A DNA stretch of 23,212 nt from contig JBDRKX010000069.1 in NCBI GenBank assembly GCA_043813605.1, positions 1 to 23,212 of the forward strand. Direction: 5' to 3'. Below are positions 8,596 to 15,956 of the stretch, in pieces. The stretch comes from Elusimicrobiota bacterium (GTDB taxonomy: Bacteria; CG03; SLGR01; JBDRKX01). The notes beneath the pieces were generated by a model. That model was not told the origin of the DNA. It did not search any database and saw only the letters and a list, made by a program, of their open reading frames with translations. Both the position numbers and the translations under genes were made by a program. The number at the start of each line of letters is the position of its first letter. Position 1 is the stretch's first letter.

Positions 8596-9126
8596 CTACT
8601 TTTTTATTCTTATTTCTAATATTCCGTTTGTATAGGAAAACGAAAGATTTGCGGCCTCGGCTTCTGCCGGGAGCAGTATTTCTTTATGGTACTTTCTTGA
8701 CCCGCCGCTGGCTGAAATATCAAGAACATCGCCTTTTAAATCCAGCTTTATATCTTTCTGATTTATCCCCGGCATTTCGGCATATACCCTGATCTCATTC
8801 TTCTCGTCAAACACATCAACAATAGGCTCTCTTTCTTCTTCTACCCTGGCGCCCTTATCAGTCTTTTTAATATTTCCAAACGACTCTACTACGGGTTTAC
8901 CACCCACGGCCGACTTTATTGAAAAGCCGAATACTCCTTTGGCTCCATTCTTAATATTGCCGAAGTCTATCTCTCCCTCTTTTTTTATTTCGCCGCCGGC
9001 TTCTTCCAGTTTCTGAGCAAGATCTACTAATTTTTCTATACCCTTAAATATTCCTCCCACGCTCAGCTTTCCTATGCCGAAATCCACTTCTATATCTTCT
9101 TTTTTTTTCTCTTTTTTCTTTACCAT
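8596..9126 (-). CDS. gvpH: Hsp20/alpha-crystallin family small heat-shock protein (GvpH-like)
   Basis: The C-terminal alpha-crystallin domain PIVDVFDEKNEIRVYAEMPGINQKDIKLDLKGDVLDISA...LPAEAEAANLSFSYTNGILEIRIKK includes the GILEI/IxI-like tail. The Lys/Gly-rich N-terminus is encoded over an A9 homopolymer. Confidence 0.8.
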   Translation of the reverse strand: MVKKKEKKKEDIEVDFGIGKLSVGGIFKGIEKLVDLAQKLEEAGGEIKKEGEIDFGNIKNGAKGVFGFSIKSAVGGKPVVESFGNIKKTDKGARVEEEREPIVDVFDEKNEIRVYAEMPGINQKDIKLDLKGDVLDISASGGSRKYHKEILLPAEAEAANLSFSYTNGILEIRIKK

Positions 9127-9145
9127 ATTTTTCCTCTCTTTCAGA

Positions 9146-9460
9146 TTAATAACTTATAGCCATTCTTTTAATAGATCTGGCGGACTTGTTCTCTACAGTT
9201 TTAATTTCAGTTTCACTTTGTACTTCTTTTTGTAAACTCTCCAGACGCCCGTTGATACTGTCTATTTTTTTTATCAGACTTGCTTTTCTTTTTTCCATTG
9301 ACTCAAACTCCTTTTTAAGCCTGCCCTGTTCCAATATAAGAGAATACATCTCCAGGCACGAGGTCCTCTGCATCTTTGGAATTGAACGAAGCCCTGTGCC
9401 GCGCAGGCTCTTTATGTCTGTGAGGCCCGGCAACTGCTCTAATCTCTTTATGTTATGCAT
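9146..9460 (-). CDS. Hypothetical coiled-coil protein (104 aa) in gvp operon
   Basis: ORF track. Predicted coiled coil (LKKEFESMEKRKASLIKKIDSINGRLESLQKEVQ). Its start overlaps the gvpN stop by 13 nt. No family recognised. Confidence 0.4.
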   Translation of the reverse strand: MHNIKRLEQLPGLTDIKSLRGTGLRSIPKMQRTSCLEMYSLILEQGRLKKEFESMEKRKASLIKKIDSINGRLESLQKEVQSETEIKTVENKSARSIKRMAISY

Positions 9461-10386
9461 CGTGCTACACGCTCCTTTTGATTTTTCTCAACCAGCTCCC
9501 TGATTATCTCTTTGACTCTATCCTGGTTGGATCTCGAACCTACTCTGCTGGTTTCTGATGCAAGGATGTCCTGGCATATCTGTTTAAACTCCCCGTTTGA
9601 TTTTATTGGAGAGAGGTTCCGCATTTTAAGGGTCTTGGCAATCATAATGCATCCGCGTATAGTAGGAGAAAATTCGCATTTTCCGGAATCCCTTAAACCT
9701 CTTGCGATATTGACTATTATTTCCGCATGCTTTTTTGACATGTTTGATTTCGACCTGGTTATAGCTACCTCTGTCTCATAATCAAAGTGTTCCAAATCTA
9801 AGGTCACCATTCTATCCCTCAATGCATCCTGGCTTCTGTGAACACCTGCGTATTCTTCCGGATTACTGGTAAATATAGCCTTAAAATCTGCGTTAACTTT
9901 CAGGTATGGGCTGTCTCCTCTTGATTCAGGTAAGTCCATTATCCTTTCCTGCAGAATGGAAAGGAGTATGTTATTTGCTTCGGGCCGGGAACGGGTAAAC
10001 TCGTCGTAAATAAGTGTGTAACCGTATTTACACGCAACTGTAAGACGGTTATCTACCCATTTTTTCACCATATCCTCTTCTGTCTTTAATACCCGGGATA
10101 TGAATCTGTCAACAACTTTTTTTATCCTGTAACCATACTCGCCGCCAACAAGACTGGATGTTGTAAACTCTTCATCACCGTGTATCATAACAACGGGCCT
10201 GCCTAGCTTGCTGGCAATATGCATAGCCAGAGTTGTCTTACCGGTTCCCGACGGGCCCCTCAAATGAACCGGAAAACCCGAATTAATATAGGAAATTGCT
10301 CTACCGGTAATATTCTGAACATATTTTGTGTTCACAAAATCCGGCATAGGTGTCGGGTCAATTACTGTACTTGTATCATCAATCAT
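9448..10386 (-). CDS. gvpN: Gas vesicle protein GvpN (MoxR/CbbQ-like AAA+ ATPase)
   Basis: FPVHLRGPSGTGKTTLAMHIASKLGRPVVMIHGDEE (Walker A plus GvpN-specific flank), Walker B TLIYDEFTRSRPE, length 312 aa. Confidence 0.9.
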   Translation of the reverse strand: MIDDTSTVIDPTPMPDFVNTKYVQNITGRAISYINSGFPVHLRGPSGTGKTTLAMHIASKLGRPVVMIHGDEEFTTSSLVGGEYGYRIKKVVDRFISRVLKTEEDMVKKWVDNRLTVACKYGYTLIYDEFTRSRPEANNILLSILQERIMDLPESRGDSPYLKVNADFKAIFTSNPEEYAGVHRSQDALRDRMVTLDLEHFDYETEVAITRSKSNMSKKHAEIIVNIARGLRDSGKCEFSPTIRGCIMIAKTLKMRNLSPIKSNGEFKQICQDILASETSRVGSRSNQDRVKEIIRELVEKNQKERVARCIT

Positions 10387-10404
10387 ATCGCTTCTCCCTT
10401 TAGT

Positions 10405-10560
10405 TTATCTTCTGCATGCAAACCAAACCTGTTTCTTGTTGCCTGCTTTTACTGCGTTTTCTGTCCCATTACAAACCGGACAGGCTCCTGTAGTATGAAC
10501 CAGATTTAAAGGCGCTGCCTTGCCTGTTCCTTTACAAAACGAATATCTATCTGCATCCAT
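10405..10560 (-). CDS. Small zinc-ribbon-like ORF (51 aa), unannotated in the track
   Basis: Own translation: MDADRYSFCKGTGKAAPLNLVHTTGACPVCNGTENAVKAGNKKQVWFACRR, i.e. C-x17-CxxC-x18-C including a CxxCxGxx motif. RBS GAGGAAA lies 6 nt upstream. Sits between the repeat-protein gene and gvpN. Confidence 0.35.
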   Translation of the reverse strand: MDADRYSFCKGTGKAAPLNLVHTTGACPVCNGTENAVKAGNKKQVWFACRR

Positions 10561-10605
10561 CTTATTTTCCTCTACCTTTACCTTTTTCTCCGTTTTTATT
10601 CTTGT

Positions 10606-10983
10606 TCATGACATTTTTTTTGCACCTTTAGCAGACCTATTCCCATCTGCTCCCATCCTTTTATTTCTTAAAGTCTCAGCCATCAGGTTCCAGATTTGCC
10701 TACTTTCGGCCAAATCTTCTTTTACTTCCTCTTCCTTTCTTCTGAAATCCTCTTTTAAAGTGTTGACACTATTAACCAGGTCTTCTCTTGTTTCCTGTAA
10801 GCCAATCTTCAACTCATTACTCATCCTCTGGTGCATTCTTTTAGACTCGATTAAGAACTTCCTTGCCTTATCTCTTATAGCTTTCGCATCCTTTTTGAGG
10901 TTTTTAATGCCCCTTCTTCTATCTTCGTAACTCATTACAATGTCTTCACTAAGAGACTCCATCCCTGTTGACACTTTACCCAT
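10606..10983 (-). CDS. Alpha-helical repeat protein, paralogue C of a three-member family (candidate GvpC-like)
   Basis: N-terminal motif SEDIVMSYEDRRRGIKNL shared with the ORFs at 11332-12135 (TEDIVGSFNERVKAIGDL) and 12152-12733 (LKNVLTSYDEGVHSIGSI). Internal FLIESKRMHQRMSNEL resembles the FxxEHKxMSxEL repeats of paralogue B. Confidence 0.5.
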   Translation of the reverse strand: MGKVSTGMESLSEDIVMSYEDRRRGIKNLKKDAKAIRDKARKFLIESKRMHQRMSNELKIGLQETREDLVNSVNTLKEDFRRKEEEVKEDLAESRQIWNLMAETLRNKRMGADGNRSAKGAKKMS

Positions 10984-10986
10984 AAA

Positions 10987-11331
10987 CTAACCTCCTTTTA
11001 GAACAACTCCTTTGCCCCCACATTTGATACAGGGTAATCCGCTACCTCCTGTCCGGCCGGTGCCTTTGCACTCTTCACATTCTTCGGTTGAACCTATTAC
11101 TGTAACGCTTCCCTTGCCACCGCATACTGTACAGGTAATACGGCTATGAGGGTAAATACCACTGCCTTTACAAAAAACGCATTTAATCACAGGTTCCTTA
11201 ACTTCAACCTTACCCTTACCCAGGCATACCTGACAAGTAGAAAGCTTTGATAACAGCTTAAAAGGATCCTTTCCTTTTCCATTACAAAAAGCACATTTAA
11301 TCAGGCTCATATTTTTATCTTTTCGCTCCAA
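10987..11331 (-). CDS. DnaJ-type zinc-finger repeat protein with six CxxCxGxG motifs
   Basis: CAFCNGKG, CQVCLGKG, CVFCKGSG, CTVCGGKG, CEECKGTG and CIKCGGKG in 114 aa. The motif is diagnostic of the DnaJ Cys-rich domain (Pfam DnaJ_CXXCXGXG). No J-domain in this ORF. Confidence 0.7.
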   Translation of the reverse strand: MERKDKNMSLIKCAFCNGKGKDPFKLLSKLSTCQVCLGKGKVEVKEPVIKCVFCKGSGIYPHSRITCTVCGGKGSVTVIGSTEECEECKGTGRTGGSGLPCIKCGGKGVVLKGG

Positions 11332-12135
11332 CTACCTTTTATGTACTGCACAGAATTTAGAACCCTTAACAGATTTTCCCTTACAGTTTTTCCCGGACTT
11401 CGTAGTGCCAGCACATTTACTTACTCCCCTGCCCTTTTTAACAGTTTTGCTGATCTCTGATGTCTTTTTTCCGGCATCAATCTTAGGCACTACACCTTCC
11501 TTCCTGGCTTTGTTCAATACTGAAGACATTCCCTGCCAGGCTTCCTTTGCTTTTTTCATATCCAAATCACATTCACCCAGGAACCCTTTAACATCACTGA
11601 CAATACCGCCAACATATTTACCTAAACTCTTTCTCAATGCATCACTCATATCAGAATGTTCTTCATTAAACTCCTTTAACTTCTGTGAAACATCGCATTC
11701 GATATTTTTAATGCTTTCATTGATACTCCCCATCATATCTTTAAAGTCTTTTAACCTATCAACTTCGCCTTTTGCTAAGCCTTTTTTAAGAAAATCCGCC
11801 ATCTCCTTATGCTCTTTCTGAAAACTTTTGATCATATTCCCTACTTCATCGGTCATATTCCCAACAAAATTTCCTAAGTCTTTTGTCAGTTCAATACTCA
11901 TCTGTTTATGTTCTGTCTGGAATTCTTTCAGAAAATTTTGTACGTTCTTTGACAATCCATCTACAAATGCAGCCAAATCATCTGCCTGTTCCTTACTCAT
12001 CTTTTTTCTGTCCAACTTGAACTTTTTCAAAGTTTCTTGGGTATCAACAGTTAAATCACCAATTGCCTTTACCCGCTCATTAAAGGACCCAACAATGTCT
12101 TCTGTAACCTTTTTCATTTCATTTGCAACAACCAT
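11332..12135 (-). CDS. Alpha-helical protein with exact 33-residue repeats (candidate GvpC analogue), paralogue B; C-terminal Lys/Cys/His tail
   Basis: Phe39/Phe72/Phe105 anchor three repeats at exact 33-aa spacing: KFKLDRKKMSKEQADDL, EFQTEHKQMSIELTKDL and SFQKEHKEMADFLKKGL. A looser fourth copy is EFNEEHSDMSDALRKSL. The tail reads KCAGTTKSGKNCKGKSVKGSKFCAVHKR. It lies second after gvpA, near where gvpC usually sits. Confidence 0.55.
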   Translation of the reverse strand: MVVANEMKKVTEDIVGSFNERVKAIGDLTVDTQETLKKFKLDRKKMSKEQADDLAAFVDGLSKNVQNFLKEFQTEHKQMSIELTKDLGNFVGNMTDEVGNMIKSFQKEHKEMADFLKKGLAKGEVDRLKDFKDMMGSINESIKNIECDVSQKLKEFNEEHSDMSDALRKSLGKYVGGIVSDVKGFLGECDLDMKKAKEAWQGMSSVLNKARKEGVVPKIDAGKKTSEISKTVKKGRGVSKCAGTTKSGKNCKGKSVKGSKFCAVHKR

Positions 12136-12151
12136 CTTTTTCCTCCTTACA

Positions 12152-12733
12152 TTACTTACTTTTACTATACTTCCCCAGCATCACTTTAAAATCATTTATC
12201 TTTAGGACTTTCCCCTTGGAAAGAAGCTCTCCGAGGTCATCTGCCAATGCCTTTTGTATGTTTTGAAATTCGATAAGCTTTTCTGAAATCTCTTTTTTGC
12301 TCTTTTCCTGATCGCTGATCGCTTCTCTATTAACTTCATATAACTCCCGGGACTGTATCTTCTTACCACTAATTAGAGAAACCTTAATAAGTTCCATATT
12401 TTTCCTTAACTTATATGCCGCTTCTTTCTGCTCATTAAGGTATCTCTTAAATAACCTCCTGATTTCTTCCATGGTTTGGTCCTGCACAGAAATTATTTCT
12501 TTCATCATATTGTCAAAATCTTTTTTCCGCAGATGTTCATTTATAGAAAGATTGTTTTTTAGTTCCTCACTTATTTTCTGCCTTTCCTTATCTGCGCCAA
12601 GTATGGATTCCTGGAAACTTCCGATGATCAGATGGGCATCATCAAATATTGACCCTATACTGTGAACACCTTCATCATAAGAAGTCAAAACATTTTTTAG
12701 AATTTTACTTGCATTTACTGTTGTGTTAGTCAT
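12152..12733 (-). CDS. Alpha-helical repeat protein, paralogue A (candidate GvpC-like), immediately downstream of gvpA
   Basis: Shares the N-terminal motif and a repeat-like segment LIEFQNIQKALADDL with paralogues B and C. RBS AAGAAGGA precedes the ATG. Confidence 0.5.
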   Translation of the reverse strand: MTNTTVNASKILKNVLTSYDEGVHSIGSIFDDAHLIIGSFQESILGADKERQKISEELKNNLSINEHLRKKDFDNMMKEIISVQDQTMEEIRRLFKRYLNEQKEAAYKLRKNMELIKVSLISGKKIQSRELYEVNREAISDQEKSKKEISEKLIEFQNIQKALADDLGELLSKGKVLKINDFKVMLGKYSKSK

Positions 12734-12778
12734 CTTAAAATATCCTTCTTTTCATTCCTTATTATTAGAAGAAATTGG

Positions 12779-12823
12779 CGAGATATGCTCTCTAGTGTTA
12801 ACACTGGATAAAAGGACATCTCG
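12779..12823 (-). terminator. Hairpin between gvpA and the downstream genes; candidate partial terminator/attenuator or operator
   Basis: Perfect 12-bp palindrome agtgttaacact (12794-12805) nested in a longer imperfect inverted repeat gcgagat...atctcgg. On the transcript it is followed by the semi-U-rich GCCAAUUUCUUCUAAUAAU. Confidence 0.35.
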
Positions 12824-12851
12824 GCAAATCCCTCTTTTTACTTGCTTTGCC

Positions 12852-13058
12852 TTACGCTGCTGTTGCGGTCAAGCCTATTGCTTCAGCATATTTCAGGTAA
12901 GTTTCTACTGATGCAACTACAACACGCGCTTCGATAGCAAGCAGCTCGATTCCCACTAATGAGAATCTCACCCATGCGTCAATCACGACCCCCTTGTCCA
13001 GTATCCGGTCGACAACATCGACAAGACTGGAAGAACCAATTGCTTTTTCCATTGCCAT
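12852..13058 (-). CDS. gvpA: Gas vesicle major structural protein GvpA
   Basis: [63 protein letters not shown] is the near-invariant GvpA core. AGGAGG RBS (plus strand cctcct 13067-13072) lies 8 nt upstream. Confidence 0.95.
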   Translation of the reverse strand: MAMEKAIGSSSLVDVVDRILDKGVVIDAWVRFSLVGIELLAIEARVVVASVETYLKYAEAIGLTATAA

Positions 13059-13087
13059 TTTACTAACCTCCTTTTTCTACCATCCGA

Positions 13088-13116
13088 CATTCAAAAGCCT
13101 GAGAGACTCTTCAGGC
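13088..13116 (-). promoter_or_regulatory. Stem-loop plus U-run within the gvpA 5' UTR (possible attenuator) overlapping a 17-codon uORF (13077-13130)
   Basis: Minus-strand RNA GCCUGAAGAGUCUCUCAGGCUUUUGAAUG has a 6-bp GC-containing stem plus UUUUG. The uORF ATGGAGTGTAAATGGCCTGAAGAGTCTCTCAGGCTTTTGAATGTCGGATGGTAG ends 12 nt before the gvpA RBS. Confidence 0.25.
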
Positions 13117-13235
13117 CATTTACACTCCATAAATCCTTTAAAATATATGTATCTGCTCATGTTTTCTGCCGTTTAATATCCGCGCATCATCTTTATTCCA
13201 GTTTCCCCGATATGCCGTTTATTCTATTTATTCCT

Positions 13236-13263
13236 ATTATACCTATAATATATTATTTGTCAA
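13236..13263 (-). promoter_or_regulatory. Consensus sigma70-type promoter for gvpA (TTGACA-N16-TATAAT)
   Basis: Minus strand reads cTTGACAaataatatattataggTATAATagg. The -35 element is at 13263-13258 and the -10 element at 13241-13236. Predicted TSS is near 13229, giving a 5' UTR of about 170 nt. Confidence 0.5.
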
Positions 13264-13289
13264 GCTATCGTCGGTAATTTTAAATTCTG

Positions 13290-15494
13290 TCAAGAAAGGT
13301 TATTGACACATTCTATGAATTTCTTCAAATTAAACGGTTTTGACATGTATTCATCCGCGCCGCATCTGAATATCCGTTCTTTAGTGCCGGGCATATCATA
13401 ACCGGTTATAGCCAGGATCTTCATACCCTTGTTATCAGGGTCATTGTGTATTGATTCGCACAACTGAAAACCATTGATCCCCGGCAGCTTCAGATCCAGG
13501 ATAACCAGATCCGGCCTCAAGGCCTTCACTTGTTTAAGAGCGTCTAATCCATCACCGGTTGACGCAATTTCATAATCATATTTTGATTTCTTCAGCAGCA
13601 GCCTTGTTATGATGTTTATTATGTTATTTTCATCATCTACTATCAGCACCTTTTTCTTCTTCTTTTTTTCTTCTAAATCCGAAACGCTCTTCTTATATTC
13701 ACGGGACTTCGATATACGGCGTTCATTCCATGGATACAATTCCGATATCCTTACATTATTCAATACTATTCCCATGATTGAGGCATGTACTTTTTCAAGC
13801 TGGTCTTTAGCCTTTTTCAAAAGAGCCCCTGAAGATATCACATTATGATGGACCAGGATAACTGCATCAACCTTAGTAGACAGGATAACAGGTTCTGCTG
13901 AAAGGAGCAGCGCCGAAGAGTCAAATATGATCAATTCATATTCTTTCCTGGCCTGCTCTATAAATTGATCCATCTTCCGGGAATTCAGCATATTAGCCGG
14001 ATTCTCTTCTTTTCCGCATGTTATTATTTTTAAATTTTCTTTGTTATCCAAGCTAAATGCATTTTCCCCGTATTTTTCAGGAATATCTTTCACCGCGTTC
14101 TTCCAATCCATCTTACCCATGATTATTTCACTTAAACCGCCGCCCGGCGGAAGACCGAATATCTGCCGGATCAAAGATTCACCCTTACCGGCATCAATAA
14201 ACAGCGTTTTTATCCCGGCGGCAGCGCTCGCTATCGCATAATTAACTGCAATCAGCGTTTTCTCTTCTTCAAGGCAGACACCGGTGAATAATAAGACTCC
14301 CGCATTCTTCTCCGGCAGCGTAAATTTAATATTCATCCATAAAGTAAAATATGCTTCGGTAACAGATGCTTTTGCAGAATAATTAAAGAGCAGCCTGTTT
14401 CTGAGACTTTCTATCTTACAAGATGCATTTGAACGTTTAAAAAAATTGAAATCGGACTTAGCTGTTTTTTTGTCCTTTATCTGAGGGATGACTCCAAGAA
14501 CGGGGATATTTATGTCATTCTCCATTTTTTCTATGTCCCGCAAAAAGACCTCATTTGTACCTGTTTTTAACGTTAATATAAACCCGAATATGACCCCGAA
14601 AATTCCACCGAACAACAGTTTCACAGGCAGATCCGGTTTTAACGGTTGAACGGGGATAACAGCGGGGGAGATCACCTGCATACTGGCGAGATTATCAAAA
14701 TCTTCAAACATAGCTTCTCGATATTTCTCTTTCAGCTGTTCACGGAATTCTTCATCCGCTTCGATCTTTTTCAATATAAGGTCTTTTTGAACAGCCTTAT
14801 CCAGTTCCTTTTCTACTTCTTCGATCTGATCCTGTATTTCGATAACAGCCGGGTGCTTATAATTAAACTTCCTACGCAGCTTTATCTGATCGAGCTTAAG
14901 TCCGCTTAAGTCTGTTTTAAGCTCATTTGCATTATTAATGAATCCGCGCTTTTCTGTTAAGTCATCTATCTGGCTCCTTTTCTGTTCTATAAGTGCCCCT
15001 ATATCATCTAGCTGTTCCTCATACCGGCTTTTTACTTTCTGCCCTTTTTTAATTTTCTGATCCTCGGTTTTTTCTATATATATCTTAACCATGTTGTTAA
15101 CAATTCCTGCTGCTCCTTCGGCGCTGTCGAGCCTGGCAGTAAGTTGAATAATATTGGTGCCTTTTACCCGTTCTGCTGAAACATGTTTCTGTAAATAATC
15201 GATCTTCATGTTTTTATCATCAAAGGCAATACCCGGATACAGGATTCCCGTATATTCTGCCGCTTTATATATAACTGAATAACTTTTTATTTTTTTGCAT
15301 TCAGTCGCGATCAATTCACTAACTGCCATACCGTACTGGTTTTCCATAATTTTGTCTCTTTCTGAATGCAATTTTATTTCAAGTAAAGCGCTGCTTTCAA
15401 AAACCGGTTTCTGTACAAAGCTGACAACTATTGCGGTAACTATGCCGATAATAACGCTATAGATTATCTTTTTCATGTTTCTGTTAATAATCAT
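13290..15494 (-). CDS. Wzc/PCP-2-like polysaccharide co-polymerase with degenerate BY-kinase P-loop and C-terminal receiver (REC) domain
   Basis: N-terminal TM plus Wzz-like region, coiled coil, second TM LLFGGIFGVIFGFILTL. The kinase-like domain has its Walker A position as FTGVCLEEEKT instead of GEGKS/T, with Walker A' LFIDAG and Walker B LIIFDSS. C-terminus: KKVLIVDDENNIINIITRLL...DLVILDLKLPGINGF...KPF, a CheY-like REC. Confidence 0.75.
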   Translation of the reverse strand: MIINRNMKKIIYSVIIGIVTAIVVSFVQKPVFESSALLEIKLHSERDKIMENQYGMAVSELIATECKKIKSYSVIYKAAEYTGILYPGIAFDDKNMKIDYLQKHVSAERVKGTNIIQLTARLDSAEGAAGIVNNMVKIYIEKTEDQKIKKGQKVKSRYEEQLDDIGALIEQKRSQIDDLTEKRGFINNANELKTDLSGLKLDQIKLRRKFNYKHPAVIEIQDQIEEVEKELDKAVQKDLILKKIEADEEFREQLKEKYREAMFEDFDNLASMQVISPAVIPVQPLKPDLPVKLLFGGIFGVIFGFILTLKTGTNEVFLRDIEKMENDINIPVLGVIPQIKDKKTAKSDFNFFKRSNASCKIESLRNRLLFNYSAKASVTEAYFTLWMNIKFTLPEKNAGVLLFTGVCLEEEKTLIAVNYAIASAAAGIKTLFIDAGKGESLIRQIFGLPPGGGLSEIIMGKMDWKNAVKDIPEKYGENAFSLDNKENLKIITCGKEENPANMLNSRKMDQFIEQARKEYELIIFDSSALLLSAEPVILSTKVDAVILVHHNVISSGALLKKAKDQLEKVHASIMGIVLNNVRISELYPWNERRISKSREYKKSVSDLEEKKKKKKVLIVDDENNIINIITRLLLKKSKYDYEIASTGDGLDALKQVKALRPDLVILDLKLPGINGFQLCESIHNDPDNKGMKILAITGYDMPGTKERIFRCGADEYMSKPFNLKKFIECVNNLS

Positions 15495-15506
15495 TGACTG
15501 CCTTCT

Positions 15507-15956
15507 TTATCCGTCAATTATACTCCCATGTTTTTGATCCTTTATTTTTAACGCTTCCCTGACCTTGTCATAAAGGTGTGCAAGCGTAAACGGTTTGGGC
15601 AGATAAAAATCAACGCCTGATGAAAAGCCCTCTTCCACTTCACCTACTCTGCTTTTTACTGTCAGCATGATAATCGGTATATGCCTGTGTTTAACGATAT
15701 CGCTTCTTTTCAATTTCCATGCTACTTCTAAACCGTTCATAGCGGGCATCTCATTGTCCAGGATGATAAGGTCCGGATGCTCTTTTTTTACTTTTTCAAG
15801 AGCTTCGAGTCCCTCTGCAGCAGTTATGATCCTGTAATCACATTCAAATATGCGTTTTAATATATTTCTTATGTATTCTTCATCATCTACTATGAGAATA
15901 GTATTTTTTTTCATTTTATTATTTTCTTTCGTACATGTTTTTAAGGATCCTGGCAT
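15507..15956 (-). CDS. Single-domain response regulator (CheY-like receiver)
   Basis: NTILIVDDEEYIRNILKRIFE...DLIILDNEMPAMNGLEV...YLPKPF. The true start is more likely the internal Met (MKKNTILIVDD, ATG at 15914), which abuts the upstream stop, than the track start at 15956, which overlaps it. Confidence 0.8.
   Translation of the reverse strand: MPGSLKTCTKENNKMKKNTILIVDDEEYIRNILKRIFECDYRIITAAEGLEALEKVKKEHPDLIILDNEMPAMNGLEVAWKLKRSDIVKHRHIPIIMLTVKSRVGEVEEGFSSGVDFYLPKPFTLAHLYDKVREALKIKDQKHGSIIDG

Noticed and set aside
9100-9117. A9/T9 homopolymer (plus further A6) in the 5' coding region of the Hsp20 gene, with similar Lys-codon runs in the Wzc-like and CapD-like genes, as possible slipped-strand phase-variation switches
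   Set aside because: The runs encode Lys-rich linkers (KKKEKKK) and the genome is AT-rich, so such tracts are expected by composition. There is no evidence of alternative frames restoring an ORF.
13288-13308. Additional TTGACA hexamers (minus strand 13293-13288; plus strand 13303-13308) as extra promoters
   Set aside because: No acceptable -10 element at the correct spacing. Both lie inside the 3' end of the Wzc-like coding region.
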